From NCBI RefSeq assembly GCF_009914755.1, contig NC_060938.1: a stretch of 64,000 bases of DNA. One strand, given 5' to 3'. This document shows, in pieces, positions 14,180 through 30,400 of the stretch (its first letter is position 1; each line of letters starts with the position of its first letter). Below the pieces are notes generated by a model. It had not been told where the DNA came from, did no database searches, and saw only the letters and a list, made by a program, of their open reading frames with translations. Position numbers and translations under genes: made by a program. The stretch is from the human T2T-CHM13v2.0 reference genome, Homo sapiens.

Positions 14180-14305
14180 TCTTATTAATTATAATTAATT
14201 AAATTTATATATAATTATATTAAATTATGTCATTTAATATATATTTAATTATATTAAATCCATTGTTATATTAAGTATAATTATTAGATTTAATAATATA
14301 TTATG
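14180..14305. repeat. AT-rich low-complexity tract
   Basis: Almost only A/T, adjoining a MIR at ~14305-14540. Confidence 0.8.
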
Positions 14306-15684
14306 CTGCAAATTTACTAATCTGCTGCTATGTGCCAGACACTGTGTGCAGCACTTATTTATGTTACCTCATTTAGTCGCTAGGGCAACCCTGTAGATGG
14401 TTACTACTACTCCTGTTTCACAGATAACAAAACGTAGGTTAAGGAAAATTAAGTCATTTGCCTAAAGGTGTTTCACTCATGTGGAATTTGAACACAGTGT
14501 GTCTGCAACACCTGTGTGTGCTTTGATCCCTCACTGCCTGAATAGACCCAGGATTACATCCCTGCTACAAGCACAATCTGAGTGTTCCCTTCCCCTTTTC
14601 TATCTTTTGTGTATCTAAGAACCTTGCCCTGCCCTGCAGGCCACCTCTGCCATGGTCAGCTGTCTTGCTGTTAACTCGGGCTGTGTCTCCCCTCAGGATG
14701 TGGTTTCCTCCCTAGCCATTGTCATAGCCAGCTCTGAACTCTTCTTTATCCTTTTTTTTTTTTTTTTTTAATGCTATGGCCTTGGCTGATTTGCTTTCAT
14801 CCTTTTTTTCTTCCTCTTCAATATTTCTACCAGTTACTGGATCCCTCCTGAGAAAGATTTCTCGCTCTATTCACATCCAGCCGAGCCCCAAGAAACTTCC
14901 CAATTTTCCTTTGTTATAGCATCTTGGAAAGTTCCCTGCAGTTCTTAAAGGTCTCCCAGTATTTAGTCTTATGGTTCCTAAAGAAGAATAATTTTTATCA
15001 AAAGTTTAGTAACTAAGAAAAGATCTGCAAGTCGTATTATTAAGTGAGAAAAACAAAATGCAGAAAAGTAACTATGATGTGCTACCAACCACATACAAAG
15101 GATAGAAAAACTACCTGTTTTGGGTAGTTGTGGAGTGAGATGATTTTTACTGAGCAGATGAAGAATTGGAGCAGAAGGAGATTTCACTGTATATCTTTTA
15201 CAGTTGACGTTTGGACCATATGAATATATTACCAATGTCAAAACTAGATGAGTGATTTCTTTTCCTAAAGAAATGCAAGTAATTTTCCTGATGGGCAGGA
15301 GAGGGCATTTTGCTACAGTAGTTTATGAAAAATAATAAATGAAAAAATAGTTTTGATAAGGAAGACAAACAACTTGTTCCAGAAGAATGTTCAGGTCAGT
15401 GAATATTTCACGTAAATCTGGTAATCCAAAACACCCAGCATTATGGGTAATTTGGACAATGGTCTAAAAGCAATCAGTTGGTAATGGAAAGTACCAATCC
15501 AACTATATGTGTCCTGTTTCTTGCACTGTACACGCCTAGGGGTTAGGAGGTTTCCTCTCTCACACAGCTAGAACTCAGTAAATGTTTAGTGTTAACAGGG
15601 AAAAATTGCCCCACAGAATCCCTTCAATACTAAGAGGAACAAGAAGCCATTTCAGTGTGATTTGTTGAGTCCTAAAAAAACAAC

Positions 15685-16011
<327 letters not shown>

Positions 16012-16584
16012 TTAAGCACAGTCAAGTTGACGTCAATTCAATCTCTGCTTAATAGCATAAAATACAGGGAAGCTGAGTAAGCAACTGTGCCCTCGCTCAC
16101 ATTCCTAACCCTAGTCTTGGAGAATGCATAATAACCATGCACTAGCCCAATCCCACATAGTAACCAATGCATGTGATTGAGGAAGCCAGGGTCAGTTCTC
16201 AAGAGCCTGAAGACTACTAGCATTCACTTCTTACCTCCAAATACTCTTGACCACATCTGAGGATAGAATAAATCCCCAAAGCCATCCCCCAAAATGACTG
16301 GACTTCTTAGTTTTCCTTGGTTTGGAGATGACCAAGGGTTGACCTCCACCCTGAGATTGGAATAGATTGGACATGGCTCCAGGCCTTTTCTGCATTTAGA
16401 TCCATCTTCCTGGGAGCAGGATAAATGGCAGCCTATTCCTGTCACATTATTCTTCTAGCAGATGGGATTTCATCCAGATAGTATTTTTTTTCCTAAGCAA
16501 GGGAAAAAATTCCTACTTTTGTTCATACCATAGGTGCAATTTACACTAAATTGGAAAAGAACAGGGATGCCTCAGCCTTTTATT

Positions 16585-16866
16585 TTTAAAAAGTTTTAAT
16601 TGAAAAATAACAATTATCATATATATTTATTGCATGCAACTGGTTGTTTTGAAGTGTGTATACATTGTGAAATGGCTAAATTGAGCTAAATTAACATATG
16701 CATTACCTCAAATACTTATCATTTGTGTGGTGAGAGCACTTAAAATCTACTTTCAGCGATGTTCAAGAATACAATACATTGTCAGTAGCTATAGTCATCA
16801 CGTTGTATAATAGATCTCTTGAACTTATTATTCCTAACTGAAATTTGTATGCTTTGACTAACATCA
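16585..16866 (-). mobile_element. Old L1 (L1MA-like) 3' end
   Basis: tatacattgtgaaatggctaaattgagctaa...aatagatctcttgaacttatt. Confidence 0.75.
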
Positions 16867-17175
16867 AAGAGAGATGTTGGGCAGATAGTGTTAAGCCTTA
16901 TTTTAGACACCTTGAAATGACTGAAAACAATAGAAGCTATGTGGGTAGAAAGCTAACTTTCAACTTTCCCTAATCCTGAGAATTGTAGACAAAGTCTAAT
17001 GAATTAATAGAGACCCAAGTCATTCCAGACTAGGAACACATGGGAAATTGCCAATGGATAGTTGGATCCTCTCATTACAGAAACCTAACTCTGAGATAGT
17101 CATTGAAATGTCTAATCACCAATCTGATTTTTTTTTAAATAAGAAGACTTTAAAACAGTTCTACAAAATCTATAT

Positions 17176-17585
17176 GAGGTTGTGTGCACAGAGTTTATTG
17201 TAGGGATGCTGTCAGTAATAGTACCTATAAGGGAGTGAGGGAGGCAGGATGGGGCAGAAGGAGAAGTTGAACTATAATTCAGTCACAACAGAGACTTTAT
17301 CTGATCCCTTGGGAGGCTCTGAACCTGATATGACCCTTCAGAGCTTTCCAAAATTGAGATAAGGGGGTGTGCCTTGTACCACTCGATAGACCAATCATTG
17401 GATATGAGCTGCCAAAGAAAGTGGGTATAACCTTGTGTAAGGCAGCTCCCTTAGGCTGAAGGCAAATCCTGGGGAGGGACTCAGCTGCAGTTCTTCCCCA
17501 GGCAGTGCTCCCGGTAGCTGTGAGAGTAAGCTGGTAGCTTGATCCTCATTGGGGACCTTGGCAGTGTGCAACAGCATCCACTCCA
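17176..17585 (-). mobile_element. LTR16A-like solo LTR
   Basis: Colinear with 5091-5404 (gcaggatggggcagaaggagaagttgaact...) and continues to the LTR 5' end (cagcatccactcca). Confidence 0.72.
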
Positions 17586-18466
17586 TAATCAAATGCCAAA
17601 ATGAATACCAAACAAAGGCATTCTGGTTTTGAAAGTAGCATGCAGTTAGCCCAGAAAATACAGTAGTATGAAATTCGATGGAGTAGTTCCCTGGCTAAAT
17701 ATGTTAGTAAAATTCTTGAAGCCATAATTATCTGTGTATGATTACCTTCTGACTGAAATTGCCAGTTCAGTAAGCAAAAGGAGGCTGATTAAAAGTCATG
17801 TCTATTCTAAAACCCTCAAAGGCGGGGCCTCTCAGGAACAATTCAAAAGGATCATTCTCACTACAGATTCTTCCATATTTTTTTCCAGTTCTGTGTATTC
17901 CATGGGCAGGTGGTCACTACCTGCAGCTGATAATTACAAGCTTTCTGTATGCTGCATTATGAAAGGAACCTGTTTATGCTGCCAGGGCTGACAGGGAAGC
18001 ATGCAGCATATGTTTGACCCTGTAAAAGGGGGGAGACTCTTCTTTTGTTATGGGCCATAGAGTTTTCAAGGCTGCTATCCATGGCAAATGTTCACCATGT
18101 TCAAGGGCTAAGGGCCAAGCACACGACCTTTTAAGAGCTTGTCAGCAGAAATTCCTTTCACTGAAAGCCTTGGCTGTCCCACACAATCAGCTAGTAATCA
18201 GAGCTACATTGTGCACCCTCTTTGTAAGAAGGCAAAAGTTCTATAGCTTCCACCACTGAAAATATTTAATATTGCACCTTTAATTTTCAATAATAATAAC
18301 AACAATAATAGATAAAATGCTACCATGGACTTCATAGATACAAATGGAGGTGTTGATCTTCAGTGAAACATTTCCTCTTCTAGAATGGAGCAAAGCAACC
18401 ATTTTGACAATAGCTAAGAAAATTACATAGACGTTCTGGGCAGGAACGTTGTGAAAATGCCACTGA

Positions 18467-18982
<516 letters not shown>

Positions 18983-20604
18983 CTCCCAATTCACATCCAC
19001 TGATAGCCATCAAACTGACGTTTATTTATTATGTGTACTGAACAATATTGCATTATTGTGTTATTATGATTAGAGTGTTTTATTCAGTATTAATAATCAG
19101 ATCATTTATAATAAGATGCTAAATTAGGTCACAAATTGATAATAGGGAAAAGTAGAGTGAGTGTTTTCTACTGTGACAGCAATAATTTTGTTCTTTCTGA
19201 TTTCTAAAATGATTACTTGAAAATATGAGAATGTGCTGAAAAATCACATTATTTATTCAATCATATGAATATTGGGGGGTTTAAGACAAAATTGTGAAAT
19301 TTTAGACTTATAGGTTACCCTTGAGATTACTAGGTACAAGTCCATCTTTTAAAAATGAGGAAAGAGGGTTTGAATTGCCCAGGTTTCTATTCTCAGGACA
19401 ATGATCCAGGCCTCTAGTTCCCTGGCAGTCTTATTTCCACGGGAAGAAACATTTGCTCTGGTTATTAATATTGTATGTACATGTTAGTGGAACATTTTCA
19501 TTGGCTAAAAAAAAAAACAGAAAAGGAAGGCTTAGATGCCTTTTGACTAGACCAGGTTCAGAGAAAACTCAGACAGTGTGAATTTCAGATTGATTTGACC
19601 CTTAGGCACACCTGATTACTACCTTGACTCAGTGAAGCTCATTGACATGTGACTCCCAGCATACAGGCCAGAAATTTCAGCATTTCTGGCTTTCACATCC
19701 CAGTGCCCAGAATCCTTGCGGACCTTAGAGGGTGATTATGGCAGCAGCACCTAGTGAGACTTCTAAAACTTCTAATAGGTACCAATGTATGTGGAGATTC
19801 CTGTGTCTCATTTTATTTAGATTCCCACATAATGGTAAGCATTCATTCCACCATGGCTTGGATGGTTTCTTCTACCAAGAATCTATCATTCTGCTATCAT
19901 TGTGTTCTGCTGAGGCTAACCCTACAGATCTGGCTCTGTATACTCCAATGTCTAGAATGGTGGAAAAGACAGCCAGAAAGGTCAGGATGCAAGTAACTTG
20001 TATGAAAAAGCTCCCATCTTTAGTGTATAGCCTTGAAAGTGGTACAGAGACCTTCAAAATAAAGCACTAACCTTGAGAGCATATTTCTTACTTTTTATTT
20101 CACAGGACTTTTCCGTAACTGCTAAGTTCCCAGTTCTCTGTATGTCTTGAAAAGTCCAGTTTGGGAGGTGAAGGTGAGCATGAGATTCAGGCATTTCCTC
20201 TAGAATGATATGCAATTCATCCTAACTAATCCACCTGCTCTGCAATACTGGATGATAGTACATGCTGATTTGTAAGCAATTTGCATATTTCTTTAAATGA
20301 GGGAGTTGCAGATTTGTGTTACCAGAGACAGATGACAAAATCTAACAGCTGATGGATGGTGCAGTACCAGTTGAATTTGTGTTAAGTCTGCAAATACTGA
20401 CTTAATGTGCCTGTATCTTCTGACAGGCTGCAGTTTCTCACAAATATCCCTTTCTTTCCCTTTCCTTCCTGCTTGTTCCAGGGTCTCTATCATGAAAAAG
20501 AGGGATCCCTGACAGAGCCTTCTGACTTGCAAGTGTGAACTACAGCCCAGAACATTTCAGCCATCCTGAGCTTCACATGAAGTTGGGATCTTGGCATTAG
20601 GGTT

Positions 20605-21059
20605 TGTAGTAGGTTCCTAGTACTGCTGTAATAAAGTACCACAAATGCAGTGGCTTAAACAACAGAAATCACTTGTCTCACCATTCTGGAAGCTAGAAGT
20701 CCAAAATCAAAGTGTTGGCAGGATTGATCCCTTCTGAGAGCTGTGAGGGAGAAACTCTTTCATGCCCCTCTCCTAGCTTCTGGTGATTTCCTGGTAATCT
20801 TTGTCATTCTTGGCCTGTAGATACATCACCCCAATCTCTGCCTTCATCTTCACATGGCATTCTCCCTGTATGTGTGTCTGTTTCTGGGTCCAAATTCCAC
20901 CTTTTTGTAATGATACAGCCAATTGGATTAGGCCCAATGCTAATCACCTCATTTGAACTTGATTATATGCAAAGCCCTTATTTCCAAATAAGATCACATT
21001 CACAGATTGGGAGCTAGGACATTAACATCTTTTGGGGGGACATAATTCAGCCCATAACA
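20605..21059 (-). mobile_element. MLT1C-like solo LTR
   Basis: TG...CA termini, 5-bp TSD gggtt/gggct, characteristic ggcttaaacaacagaaat...gaagtccaaaatcaa. Confidence 0.88.
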
Positions 21060-21399
21060 GGGCTTCTAATGTAGGTCCAAGGAAACCTGTAATTATCAGC
21101 CATTGGATTGTGTAGATTCAGCCTTAATCTCCCACTTTCATGCCCTGCCAGGTGTTTCTTCTTTCTCTACCCCCACCCAGCCATCCCATGGATGGGCTTT
21201 CCCAAATGAAGCCTCCTATTGGCTTAGGCTAGAGGGGAGCTTCCCTCTGTCTACTGAGGCCTTGGGCCTGTTGCCCATATTCTAGGCCTGGATTCTGGCT
21301 CTGCTAATACCCAGCCTCTGCCTATGCTGCTGACGTGTAGTGGTGTGGATGAATTGTCTCTTCTCCTGGCCTTTTTCATCTAAACTTATAGATGACATA

Positions 21400-21632
21400 A
21401 TATAACCTAGGAGCTAAGAACATGGACTCTGAAGCCAGCATCTCGGCTCTGAAACTTCCTAGATGTGTGACCTTGGACAAGTTCCTTAAGCTGTTTGTCC
21501 TGCTTCCTTATCTGTAAACCCATCACCTCAAAGATTTGTTAGGATGATAAAATGAAATAATTCATATAAAGCAGTTTGAACAGTGCCTGACACATAATAA
21601 GCACTCTCTAAAGTTAGCTGATATTATTATTA
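21400..21632 (+). mobile_element. MIR
   Basis: tgtgtgaccttggacaagttccttaa...acagtgcctgacacataataagcactc. Confidence 0.75.
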
Positions 21633-23319
21633 GCTTTTCCCTGACCCAATGAATTAACACTAGTCCTTGGAAGGACAGGCCAGGTAAGGAGAACAGGGGA
21701 AGTGGGATGAGCAATGAAGAAGATGAGCCCCGTTAGGGCAGGCATCTAGAGTGAGGATTAGAGGAGGCCAGGCCTTAGCAGTGAAGGAGTAGAGAGGGCA
21801 GCAGGGCTCAGGATCCTTCTGCACAGTGGACTCCCAGAGGTAGTTAAGCAAAGAATCTGGGGAAACTCCCCAGGACTTCTTGTCTGCTTCCTTACTGCAA
21901 ACAGAATGACCTCAAATTGTGGGCAAGCTTGGGCCTCAGCAGACACACGTGGAGGTAGATCAGTAGCACAGGTATGTGTGTGTATGTGCATGTGCGTGTG
22001 TGTGTGTGCAGAAGTCACCAGGATGTTCTTTGTCCCATTACCCTATTACCTCAAGTACTGTCCTGTATTCTGTACTTACAGTTTAAGAAGACTTTGGGGA
22101 CCATCCTCACCCTTTGAGCTTTCCCTTCACTCTCCTCAGTGTCAAACCCATGTCTTTCCTTCAGAACAGCTACCACCCTGGGCTGCTGCTGCCAACAGAG
22201 GTGCACTGCTTGCAAAATCCTCTGTTTGGTTGTCACTGTTTGGTTATTACTCTACTGCAAAGGAACAACTCAACAAATGACTTTAAACTATTCACTTTTC
22301 AAATATTAGGTTAAGGCTATCTGAAGTTTGATCAAGATATGGTGGATAAGAAATCACTGCCCCTCCTAAAAATTTAGGTTACGACTCAAGTGCTCTTTTA
22401 AGAGGCATTTCAGAATGTTGACTGTATGCATTATCTCAGTGCCCAGCAACCGTGGCATAGCTACATTTAGGCAGTCTTTTGTGATGAGACATGTATATAA
22501 GTGAAGCATTTGGTCTTTCAAAAATGCTCCAAACTTCCCCTGACCCTGCTGTTCCCTTAAGGTACCACCCTACCTCTCACTTTCCGTCTACTCCCCAAAT
22601 TGTCAACTAGTCCATACTTGCTGTTTCCACTGCCTCCCTAACCACAATCACACTGGACTATATAATTCTTAACTCTGCATTCTCATCCCCCAGGTATAAT
22701 TGCTCTTTGGAGGTGGTCTTTACCTGTCTCATCACCAAATCCAGTGGCTACACAATAATCTTTAGGCTTCCTAACTACTCTGTTCCTTTAAAAATCCTCT
22801 CATCCCAAGGCTTCAGTGACCCCAAGGCTTCAGTGACCCCAAGCCACCCCAGGCTTCCTGTCTTCCTGGCAGTTCCTTCCCTGGATCCTTCTTTAGCTAT
22901 TCTTCCTTCTTCCTCCTAAATGCAGGTACATCCAAAGGGTGTGTCCTCATGACCTTCTTCCCTCTCCTTCTACCATCTTCCTAACTATGTTTAGTTTACT
23001 GGATATGGAAGCTCTCCCCCAACAGTGAGCTATTGGAAACACAGACTATCCAAAGTCAGATATGTTTAGCCATGAGACTTTGCAGAATCTCCTACCAGGA
23101 AACGAGAGTAGGCACTGGCCCAAACACCAAAGCAGAAGAATCCAGCATAACAGTGCAGCCCTGGGGCACCATGCTGGATGCAGCTTAGGACAGGGGATGG
23201 GCACCAAGGGGTTTGACCATAGAATAAAGGAGAGGTCCAAAGCCGTAGGTCAGTCAGTGTGCTTGAAGAAGCATTATTTCTAATGCTTGTACATAGTAGG
23301 TTTAACAGTGTTCCCCAAT

Positions 23320-23540
23320 CTCTTCACAGGGGTTAGGTATCCCTCTTGTACTTCTCCATCATGTCCTTTATCACACTGGATGCAGGGTATTGTATATTTG
23401 CTAGTCTATATCCACCTCTAGACTATAAGATCTGGAGGGCAAAGACCATATATATCTTTATCACCGTATTTCCAACACCTAGACTAATGCTTGTCCCAGA
23501 GAGGGTGCTAAATAAATTTTTATTGGAAGAGTGAATGAAC
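23320..23540 (+). mobile_element. L2 3' end
   Basis: ctagactataagatctggagggcaaagacc...gtgctaaataaatttttattggaagagtgaatgaa. Confidence 0.6.
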
Positions 23541-24028
23541 AGGATTTTTAAATTTGGAAATTAAGTTAGTGGGAAGCATGGGAAAGAAAACATATGTAAA
23601 CCAAGATGAAATTTGTACAAAGTGCATACCATACAGTCATGTATTATTGCTAGAGGTAGACTGCAAATTTCACTCTAAACTGCCTACCAGTCAAAGCAAA
23701 GAAAAAAAAAATCAGTGATAAAATTTATAGTGACTGTAGGATTTTAAAAGATAAGTTGCTCCCGATGAAGTGTAAGTATCACTGTGTTGACTTAAGAGAA
23801 ATGTCTCCATGGATCCCAACAGAGTGTTACTGGCTGGGCCACAGACAATGTCTAACAGGCCATCTTTATAATAGTGAATTCTATAGGGCTGTTTTTTACA
23901 ATGTCCTTCAATATAGGCTAATCACATACTACAAATTTAAAGTAATTCTATGAGAAGGGAGACCAGAGTAAAGTAACCAAGTGCCCAGAATGCTGATGAC
24001 CTAGCATAAAATTTAGAATATCCAGTAG

Positions 24029-24372
<344 letters not shown>

Positions 24373-26484
24373 ACACATGTATATTTCTCATAATATTATC
24401 TAAGAGCTCTGTGATCAAGTACATTTGAGAAATACTGCCTACTCAAATTCTTATTTCTTGGATATTTACATGTACATTGACATACACTAATGTTTAAAGA
24501 AGTTCTTCAGTAAAGAAACTTTGTCTAATCTAGAGTGTTACCAAAACAATTTGATCATTTTATCATATACTACCTGTTTACATTTCAGGGAAATTTAAGG
24601 ATGACACTTTGGGAAACAATCTTCTAGGGAAATTATGGACTGCATGTCTACAGGCAACCCTGTGTGAATGTTGTTTCTCACAATTAAGTTCTTGATAAGA
24701 ATCTGTCCACAGAGTGTTCCAAGTGACAATCACTTGGCAAGAACTTGGAGTGCAGATAATCTGTGCTGTTATTTACAAATAACAGTTTGACAGTTAACTG
24801 AATGGCAGGTCATCTGAGGAAATTAACAGCTTCTATTCAATCTTTGTGTCCATATCCTTCCCAGGGAGATCCCAAGGGAAGCTGAGTATTATGTTAGAAA
24901 ACAGTCATGACTCCATTCTACTTAAACCCAGTAAAACCATCTGAATCAACTTAGTAGAGAACAATCTGAAAATCTAAGCTAGTCTGAACTGCAGTAATAG
25001 CATTCTTCCCAAGAACTTCCAAGTGCTTCTAGAAGTGGTGAAGAACACACTACTGTTGTTATTGAAAATAACATCTATTGATTATCTTAATCAATGACTA
25101 TTCTCTATGGGTTTATGTGCCAATAATTTAGGCTGCTCAGTTTTCTCCATTGAAACTTAAGATTTAAATCACTAGATCATAAAAAAACCATACAATGCAT
25201 TGCCCCTTCTATCTGGGCAGGCATGCTTCAGATGAACAACAGTGGGAAAATATAATTTCTATGGCAAGAGGAAGGAGAAACAAAGTTTATGTCCTGGTAT
25301 ATTCCTTCCTTCTAACTAGCTGACAACTTCCCTCTGTAATAGGTCAGAAAACCGTCAGCTAAATGAGGAACCAGAGAAACACAGTCCAGATAATCTGAGC
25401 TCTTAAGAAAGAGGAGAAAGATCTAATCTTCATTTTTTTTCTATTACCAATCTCCTTGAAACTTCTAAAATATTTTCTGCTCTAACTTACTAGGCTTCAT
25501 AGAATCAAGAAAGGTAAAGCATCATATAAAAGTATCAGATAAGTTAGCTAAAAACATTTTACATTTCACTCTAGAGTTCATTATATTTTTGGCAGGAAAT
25601 TTATCTTCCTAATTATGTTTTACTTATGTTGACATTAAGTTTAATTGGTATTTCCTGTGAACACACTCAGTAGAAAGCAGGAAAGCCTGGCTAAGATTAA
25701 AAATTGGCCTTGGATAATCCAAAATCCACACTCACTCTGAGCGATCACATCTGTGCCCACAATTTCACCTATTCCTGATGCTCTGAGGACTTCCACATCA
25801 ACATCGCTCCTCCATTGTCTCTCCTGAGCTATGCAGTGCATTTGAACAGACTCTCAGGCAACTTCACCTATATGTTGACATATGCAATGTGAATTCATCA
25901 TCTTTCTGGCCATTTCTTACCTCTGTTCCTCTCTCCCTATAATCCCAGCCTCAATGATTAGATCTGCCTTCCACCCAACTGCCCAAGTCAAAATCTAGAA
26001 GCTGCTCTAGACTCCTTATTCCTACTCACCACCTTTCTTGGGACTAAAATCCAAATCCCTTAGCATGACATTGAAAGGCCTTCACAATCTTCATGTTTCC
26101 CAATGAAAGCCCTATTGGCAATTAGGGCGCAACAGTTCTTCTGTTTGCAGGCTTGTCCTTCTCATTTCTAGTCCCACCCACTAAATGCCAGCAACAATCC
26201 CCATTCACCATCATAAGTGGAAAACAAATAAACAAATTTAAAAAGATCATCTACATTTCCTAATGCTACTTGTAAGGTAATACAGCCTCTAGCTGAGAAT
26301 CACAAGTCTAACTTTGCCTACCTTTCCAGCCCCATCTCCCCCTACATTCCTCCATAGACTTGACATTCCAGCCACACTGAATGATTTGCACTTCCTGTGT
26401 GTGCTGTGCTGTCTCAAGCCAAGCCTCTGTGCCTTTGCACATGCCGTTTTCTCTGTCCCTTCTGTCAGCCCTCTCCTTACTGAG

Positions 26485-27007
26485 TGTGACGGCTAATTTT
26501 ATGTGTCAACTGGACTGAGCTAAGGGATGCCCAGAGAGTGGTAAATCATTCTTTCTGGGTGTATCTGGAAGATGTTAGTCTCTCTGAGTAGAATGCAGGC
26601 TGAGTAAAGAAGATCCACCCTCACCAATGGGGGTGGGCATAATCCAATCTGTTGAGAGCCCAGACAGAACAAAAAGGTGAAGGAGGGGCACATTCTGTCT
26701 CTCTTCTTGAGTTGAGACATACATCTTTTTCTGCTAATGGATGTCAGAGCTCCTCATTCTCAGGCCTTTGGACTCTGAAACTTACATCAGCAGCACCCTC
26801 TCCTCTCAATTCTCAGAACTTTGGTCTTGGACTGGGAGTTATATCATCAGCTCCCCTGGTTAAGATTTGGTCTGAAAGACACCACCAACTTTCCTGGTTC
26901 TCTAGCTGGCAGATGGCAGATGGTGGGACCTCTTGGCCTTCATAATCATGTGAGCCAATTCCCATAATAAACTGGTTTTGTTTCTCTGGAGAATCCTGAC
27001 TAATACA
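26485..27007 (+). mobile_element. MLT2B-like (ERVL) solo LTR inserted in an L2 relic
   Basis: Starts tgtgacggctaattttatgtgtcaact, ends ggagaatcctgactaataca; TSD ctgag/ctggg. Confidence 0.88.
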
Positions 27008-27166
27008 CTGGGCCAACGAAAAATCTATACCTCAAGATTCAGTTCAAACTCTTTTGTCCTGGGAAGTCCCCTGCCCACCCTCCACCACAGTAACCTCTTG
27101 TCCCTGTAAACTGTAGCTCCACTTTGGACTGACCTAGGCAGACCAAGCTTCAAAATACCTGCCATA

Positions 27167-27477
27167 GGCCGGGTGCGCTGGCACACACCTGTAATCCCAG
27201 CACTTTGGGAGGCCAAGACATGGGAGATCACTTGAGGTCAGGAGTTCGAGACCAGCCTGGCCAACATGGTGAAATCCCATCTCTACTAAAATTACAAAAA
27301 CTAGCCAGGTGTGGTGGTGCATGCCTGTAATCCCAGCTACTCAGGAGGTTGAGGCAGGAGAGTCACTTGAACCCAGGAGGCAGAGGCTGCAGTGAACCAA
27401 GATCATGCCACTGCCCTCCACGCTCCAGCCTGGGCAACAGAGAGAGACTCTGTCTCAAAAAACAAAAACAAACAACG
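27167..27477 (+). mobile_element. AluS (Sx/Sz-like)
   Basis: Full dimer; TSD aaatacctgccat at 27153-27165 and 27478-27490. Confidence 0.95.
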
Positions 27478-30400
27478 AAATACCTGCCATGCCCACATCC
27501 CACTTTGGGAGAAACTGCCCTCACTGTAGCCCTGCCCTATGTAGATCAGCCCTTTGTAAATACTGTGATAGCCTCACAGCTGATGGACCAGGAGTTGTAC
27601 CTGAAGCAAGGGTGGCCCACCCATAGGCCAGTGCCCTATGAAGTGCCCTAGCTTGAAAAGATGAACTGGGCCCATCAGATTTTCTTTCTCTTTCTCTCTC
27701 TCGGGAATTTCTAGGAAGAAACACAAATAGTATGAGTCAATTGTCAGGAGCTGCTATTACTGAGGAAAGGGCCCCAACTCAAGAGTCTATGTGGGCCATG
27801 AGAGTATGGGGAGACCAGCAGTGTCACACAGGTAGCATGCGGACTGGATTCCTCTCCTCTGTTGCCTCACCAGTCCATGGAAACACTGCCAGTAGTATTG
27901 GGGGACCCCAAGGAGAAGGACAGAAAGAAAGCCAGGCACCAGGAGAACTGAGCAGCAGAGAGTGAGCCCTCTGCATAGAGAAAACACTTGTCCCCAATCT
28001 GCCTCCAAAGAGCCTCCCAAACCCAAATGTGATAGGGCTTTATTGCACTGTACTGACCCACAGAGGAAAAAATAGGCTGAAGGGGAAAGCTGTTTCCTAG
28101 TTCTGCTCCCACCAGTTTCAAACCCCATGGCCTCAGGCAAGTGTTCTGAAGCACCTTTTCTGATCTGTAAAATGGAGATTGTAGTTTCTTCTCTGCCTTA
28201 AGTCCTGTTCAGTGATTAATTAACTGTATGACCTTGGGCAAGTCATTTGGCCTCTATGAGGCCAGTTCCTGCAATTTTAAAATAAAATCAGTAGATTTCA
28301 CTTTACAAAGAGGGTGCAGTAATCAACATAGATAATGTATATAGAAAGTGTCTTGTAAACTGATCGTTACTGTATATAAGGTTATTATTACTATGACTTC
28401 TTTTTCCAAGCATTGCAAAAATCGTAGAAGACATTTTTGTTGGTATCTATAGTTATAAATATGTATATATAGCATATTGATTAGATTATTCTAAAATCTT
28501 ATTCAAGTCTACTAATTTGATGTTACTTAAATCTTAAACCAGTTACAGCTCTTCTAGAATTTGTCCAGCAGTTCTCCTGGATTTTACAGGAAAACCCCAC
28601 ACACCAAAAAACAAACAAAAAAAAACAAAAAAACCCACCTTAAACCTACTTTTACACTATTCTGTAACTGAAGAATTATCATTTCAGTTGAGCAATCTCA
28701 AACAAGGGATTGCTATACTTCTAAAAACCATTTATCACTTGCTTTTTATTGCAACACTTTGAAAACCTTCTGCAGGCTATAAATTAGTGCTCTTTTTTCT
28801 GCTTACTACCTACTGTTTCAGTTTTACTATTAATAATAGCTTTAAACCCTTAAAATAGCTGTGGAACAATTTTTCTGAAACTGCTTATTACATGATTTCC
28901 ATTAGCAACAATTGATTTTTTTTCCAATCCTTTTGGACACCTAGAACTCTGAGAGTCCCTGAAGCCTGGGGACTCTTGAGCTTTCTCTTTCCCACCATCC
29001 AATCAATTATCAAGACCTGTTTTGCCTGTTTTAAAAATATCCCTAAATGAGTGCACCACTATTCACCTAGGCCCAGACCACCAGTACCTCTCACTTGAAT
29101 GCTTACAGTGGTTCCCTGACTGGTCTCCCTACACTCAGTCTCTCATGAAGGTGCTCTGGATATGTCAGTGAGTAACACAGGCAAGGTATGAATTTCCAAT
29201 GCCATGGAGCTTTTTTATACTAGTGAGAGAAAGACAAAAAGGGGTTCCCCAAGAAAACCCCAACTTGCAAATTGTCATGAGTGCTATATAGGAAATAAGC
29301 AAAGTGCTGAAATAGAGAATATGGGGAGAGGGCATTGTAATTATGAGGTGGTCAGGGAGGGCCTCTCTAAGGAGGTGACTTTCAAGGTAAGACTGCAAGA
29401 GCAAGAATGAGTCAACCAAGAGAGGAGTATGAGCACTGCAGGCAGACGCAAAGGACCCAGGAGGAAAGGCATGTCTTTGTGACTCTAAGAGAAGCCCTGT
29501 GTAGCCAACTTATTCTCTATGGCAATGAGCAGGGTCAGCACCCCTCCACCCTTCAGCACAGACAACAAATGTGTGGAAATGAGAGGAAGCATCCCATCTA
29601 CATGGATGAATGCCTTTTCTACAATATAAATGTGATTAGGCACTTAAAGAGCTTCATGATTTCCCATAATCCTTAAATGTTCAAGCAATTTAATTTGTAA
29701 GAACCTTCACGCTCAGGTCCCTACCACTTTCCCACCCTTATCCATACCCATTTTCCTTGTCACCCTGCACTGATCACCTTTTGGTTCCTTGAATGCACCA
29801 TGCTTTTCTGTGTTCAGTACTTGCCTCCTCTGTCCCACTGACTGAACATGATTCCCCTTCCCTTCACTGATGGATCCTTTCTTACTTCACCTTTGAAGCC
29901 TCAGCTTAAACATCACTTCTTCCGACAATGCCTCTCACAGCACTGTGTGTCTAATTCCAGTCATGCATTAACTTTAGATCTCTGGGAAGGAAGTTCATGG
30001 TGTCTTATTACGACTGCCCCTGGTGTGGTTCGCATTATATTCATCAACTATTCTTTGGCCCAAACTGCTCTATGACCAACTCATTGTTTTTAAAACCCTT
30101 TTAGAATGCATGATGAAGTACACTGTACCTTGCCATTACAATATTCAGAATGGCATCTCTATCTAGGCTCTAATCCAAGGTGGTTACAGACATACCAGAA
30201 GAACACCCTCTTTAAGTCAACCCAGGGACAGAGTATGGCTAGAATAGCTTAAAATTAGCAACGTCTGTTCGGAGGTTGCAGGCAGTGGAAGGAAGAGAAA
30301 TTTATCCAGGTTTCTAAGATCACATTCCCAAGCTAAATACAGAAAAAAAATATTCTAACATTCACTTCTGATGGCAACCTTTTACAGATAGAATCCAAAG

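Noticed and set aside
19732-20070. 112-aa ORF in unique sequence (also 21906-22280, 44074-44412, 61276-61941)
   Set aside because: No recognisable domain or splice architecture; lengths within chance expectation
21859-21871. NF-kB-like site ggggaaactcccc (another GGAAACTCCC at 63931-63940)
   Set aside because: Isolated short motifs are expected by chance in 64 kb; no clustering
22805-22843. 17-bp direct repeat ccaaggcttcagtgacc x2
   Set aside because: Simple slippage duplication inside an L2-like relic; no spacers, not CRISPR-like
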